The notes beneath the pieces were generated by a model. The model was given only the letters and a program-made list of their open reading frames with translations. It did no database searches and was not told the origin of the DNA. A stretch of DNA of 61,686 bases, counting the filler. It is 7 parts of 7 records of this genome, joined end to end, with 100 filler letters (N's around TTAATTAATTAA, not from the genome) between each part and the next. Parts side by side here need not be neighbours in the genome. Positions count along the whole stretch, not along the records: positions 55,779 to 61,686 come from SRR22947725_1157; 6 more parts are not named here. One strand, 5' to 3'. Every line of letters begins with the position of its first letter. Position 1 is the stretch's first letter. The position numbers and the translations under genes were made by a program. Positions 59,463-61,686 of the stretch are shown one piece after another.

Positions 59463-60442
59463 AATTCGAAAAATGTGATTGGTTAGTTGATTCTTTTAAC
59501 TCTTTAAATTTTAAAAATCTTGGTCATGGAATAATTATTAATGGACCAAAAGGCGTTGGAAAAAAATTACTTGCAAAAAAAATATCTAAAAAAATAATTT
59601 CAAACTTTCAAGAAAATTTAAGAGATGATTTTCAAAATCTCATCGATAAAAATAATCATCCTGATCTTTATCTTTTAGATAAAGATAAGTATCTGCTCAA
59701 AGATATAAGGAGACAAAAAAAAGATGCTACAAATTGGGATGAAGAAAAGGGTTTTAATGATGTTGTCTCTTTTTTAAATCTCACACCGTCAATCTCTAAA
59801 AACAAAGTAGTCTGTATGATTAATGCAGATTCGATGAATAATATTGCTCAAAATGCTTTGCTTAAATCATTAGAAGAGCCAGCTCCTTTTTCCTACATCA
59901 TTATGACAACAAGTCGTTCAAAGGCCTTAAATCAAACTATTTATAGCAGATGTCAGGTTGTAAATATCCCATTTATTGGAACAAATAAGATTGATGCCTG
60001 GTTAATAGAAAACGGTATAACAGATTACACTTCAAACGATTTCCCAAGTTTCGCAACACCTTTTTCAATATTGGATGATATTCAAAGCAATAATCAGAAT
60101 TGCTATAAAGAATTTGTTTCAATTTTAGTAGATTTTATTTCATTAAAAATAGATCAAAATCAAGCAATTAAATTACTAAATGATCTTGATATCAGCCTTA
60201 TCTTAAAAATGAATTATTTTGTTGAATTTTATAAAATAATACTCAAAGCCAGGATAATGAACGAAGATTTAAGTGGTATCTATAAAGTTTTTAATTCAAG
60301 GAGTTTTAATAAATTAAAAATTTCTAATTTAATAAACGATATTAATAATCTAAGGCATGACTTATACGATGTTACATCAATCAATGAAACACATGTTTTA
60401 AATTATTTCTTTAGCGAATTAAAACTATCTATTAAACAATAG
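59459..60442 (+). CDS. holB: DNA polymerase III delta-prime subunit
   Basis: GPKGVGK, HPDL, AQNALLKSLEEP, TIYSRCQ; follows tmk. Confidence 0.9.
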   Translation: MKFEKCDWLVDSFNSLNFKNLGHGIIINGPKGVGKKLLAKKISKKIISNFQENLRDDFQNLIDKNNHPDLYLLDKDKYLLKDIRRQKKDATNWDEEKGFNDVVSFLNLTPSISKNKVVCMINADSMNNIAQNALLKSLEEPAPFSYIIMTTSRSKALNQTIYSRCQVVNIPFIGTNKIDAWLIENGITDYTSNDFPSFATPFSILDDIQSNNQNCYKEFVSILVDFISLKIDQNQAIKLLNDLDISLILKMNYFVEFYKIILKARIMNEDLSGIYKVFNSRSFNKLKISNLINDINNLRHDLYDVTSINETHVLNYFFSELKLSIKQ

Positions 60443-61199
60443 TTGTACCACCATCAATGACTATTGTTTGGCCATTAATATAACTTCCAGCAGATGATGC
60501 AAGCATAATAGCTGCTCCTGCAATTTCATCAGGCTCACCAATTCTTTTCATTGGATTTGTTTGGAGAACCGCTTTTAATATATCAGGATTTTCCCATAAG
60601 CCTTTTGCAAAATCAGTTCTTACTAAACCGGGTGCTATAGAATTCGCTCTGATGTTTTTATTACCAAATTCTGCAGCGATATTTTTAACAATCATCACAT
60701 CAGCAGCCTTGCTTATATTATATGCACCTAGAAGAGAACTTCCTTTGATAGCTGCAATACTAGATATGATTATTATCGAGCCATCCTCCTTTTCAATCAT
60801 ATATGGCAGACATAAATTGCATAATAGTTGATTTGATCTAATGTTGTTATGCATTACTTTATCAAATTGTTCGATATCCATATCAAGCATTGAGCCCATA
60901 AAGGTATTAGTAGCAGCATTACAAATTAAGGTATCTATTCCACCCAAGGTATTTAAGGTTTCTGTAACTAAGTTTTTAAGTTGATCATCATCTGCAATAT
61001 TGCACGCAATAGGAAATGCAACTTCTTTACCTATATCATCATTAATTTCTTTTGCAGTTTCTTTGCAAGCATCTATTTTTCTTGATGATATAATAACCTG
61101 AGCGCCCATTAGCGCAGATTGATGAGCTATGGACTTGCCTATGCCTTTAGAACTACCGGTAATTAGGATTGATTTATTTTTAAGACTAAATAATGACAT
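60432..61199 (-). CDS. SDR oxidoreductase (DHRS4-like)
   Basis: TGSSKGIG, ISSRK, YNISK, PGLVRTDFAK.LW. Confidence 0.9.
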   Translation of the reverse strand: MSLFSLKNKSILITGSSKGIGKSIAHQSALMGAQVIISSRKIDACKETAKEINDDIGKEVAFPIACNIADDDQLKNLVTETLNTLGGIDTLICNAATNTFMGSMLDMDIEQFDKVMHNNIRSNQLLCNLCLPYMIEKEDGSIIIISSIAAIKGSSLLGAYNISKAADVMIVKNIAAEFGNKNIRANSIAPGLVRTDFAKGLWENPDILKAVLQTNPMKRIGEPDEIAGAAIMLASSAGSYINGQTIVIDGGTTIV

Positions 61200-61237
61200 T
61201 TTGATTATAATGATTTAACAATACAAGGAATATTATC

Positions 61238-61468
61238 ATGATGATTGAAATATACGGAAAAACATTTTGTCCATATTGCGATAAAGCAAAAGCTCTGTGC
61301 GAAAGACAGGGGTATAAATATTCTTACAAAGAGCTGGATAAAGATTTCTCTAGAGATGAGTTTTTTAATATTTTTCCAACAGCTAGAACCTTTCCGCAAA
61401 TTAAAATTGATGGAACTGATATTGGTGGATACACAGAGTTAGAAACTTGGTCAAAAAATAAGGAATAA
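61238..61468 (+). CDS. Dithiol glutaredoxin
   Basis: CPYC, RTFPQI, IGGYTEL. Confidence 0.95.
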   Translation: MMIEIYGKTFCPYCDKAKALCERQGYKYSYKELDKDFSRDEFFNIFPTARTFPQIKIDGTDIGGYTELETWSKNKE

Positions 61469-61470
61469 CA

Positions 61471-61686
61471 ATGACACAATTTAATGATTTTTTATTACTT
61501 CTTGATAGTAACTTAAGTGGATCTTGGTGGTTTCCAATCTTACTGGTTGGAACCGGAATATTTTTTACTATTTATCTTGGTTTTCCTCAATTTAGATTTT
61601 TTGGTAAAGCATGGAAATTAGTATCAGGTAAAAATAATAAATCAGATGAAGAGGGCGAAACTACTGGATTTGAAGCCCTAACAACT
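61471..61686 (+). CDS. Alanine/glycine:cation symporter (AGCS family), 3'-truncated
   Basis: LLVGTGIFFTIYLGFPQFR...GETTGFEALTT matches the AlsT/AgcS N-terminus. Confidence 0.85.
   Translation, partial: MTQFNDFLLLLDSNLSGSWWFPILLVGTGIFFTIYLGFPQFRFFGKAWKLVSGKNNKSDEEGETTGFEALTT

Noticed and set aside
60432-61199. Second SDR as part of the steroid-like cluster
   Set aside because: Different contig, flanked by housekeeping genes; no linkage evidence
2053-61442. Numerous short ORF-track ORFs antisense to or nested within real genes (e.g. 2053..2259, 29037..29417, 43236..43526, 51214..51600)
   Set aside because: Shadow ORFs of well-supported genes with no motifs of their own
1-61686. rRNA, tRNA, CRISPR arrays, transposases, prophage or defence genes
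   Set aside because: None recognised by eye; intergenic gaps are mostly too short, though a covariance-model search was not possible

Overview
This window is not one genomic locus. It is seven unrelated contigs joined by an identical artificial 100-bp spacer (44 N + TTAATTAATTAA + 44 N). They appear to come from at least four AT-rich, probably marine lineages, inferred from gene order, protein style and promoter motifs. (1) 1-8658: gammaproteobacterial-like (possibly SAR86) catabolic cluster with aldehyde dehydrogenase, APH-type kinase, DUF1214-like protein, sulfotransferase, SDR, amidohydrolase, KshA/Neverland-like Rieske oxygenase, CxxS lipoprotein and rubredoxin. (2) 8759-15914: flavobacterial hisGDCBHAF(IE) operon with an unannotated His-leader attenuator. 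(3) 16015-22156: gammaproteobacterial-like recX-dnaX-recR and dsbD. (4) 22257-31680: flavobacterial exbB/exbD/exbD, rpoN, asnS, MMPL, frr, pyrH, tsf. (5) 31781-37409: Rhodobacteraceae-like gyrA-trmFO-gluQ-hisI-iscU-recG. (6) 37510-55678: Pelagibacterales-like housekeeping block (petABC, ychF, pth, rplY, prs, lgt, MarR/OmpR/EnvZ, ilvE, uvrC, uvrB). (7) 55779-61686: gammaproteobacterial-like reduced fab operon with mltG-tmk-holB. The best candidate for an undescribed system is contig 1. It resembles the uncharacterised Rv3531c/Rv3530c/Rv3529c module and kshA of the mycobacterial cholesterol region, and suggests a sterol/steroid (possibly sulfated sterol) transformation pathway. Other notable items are an A11 slippage site in dnaX with stops in both alternative frames and the histidine attenuator. 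No rRNA, tRNA, CRISPR or mobile element was seen.
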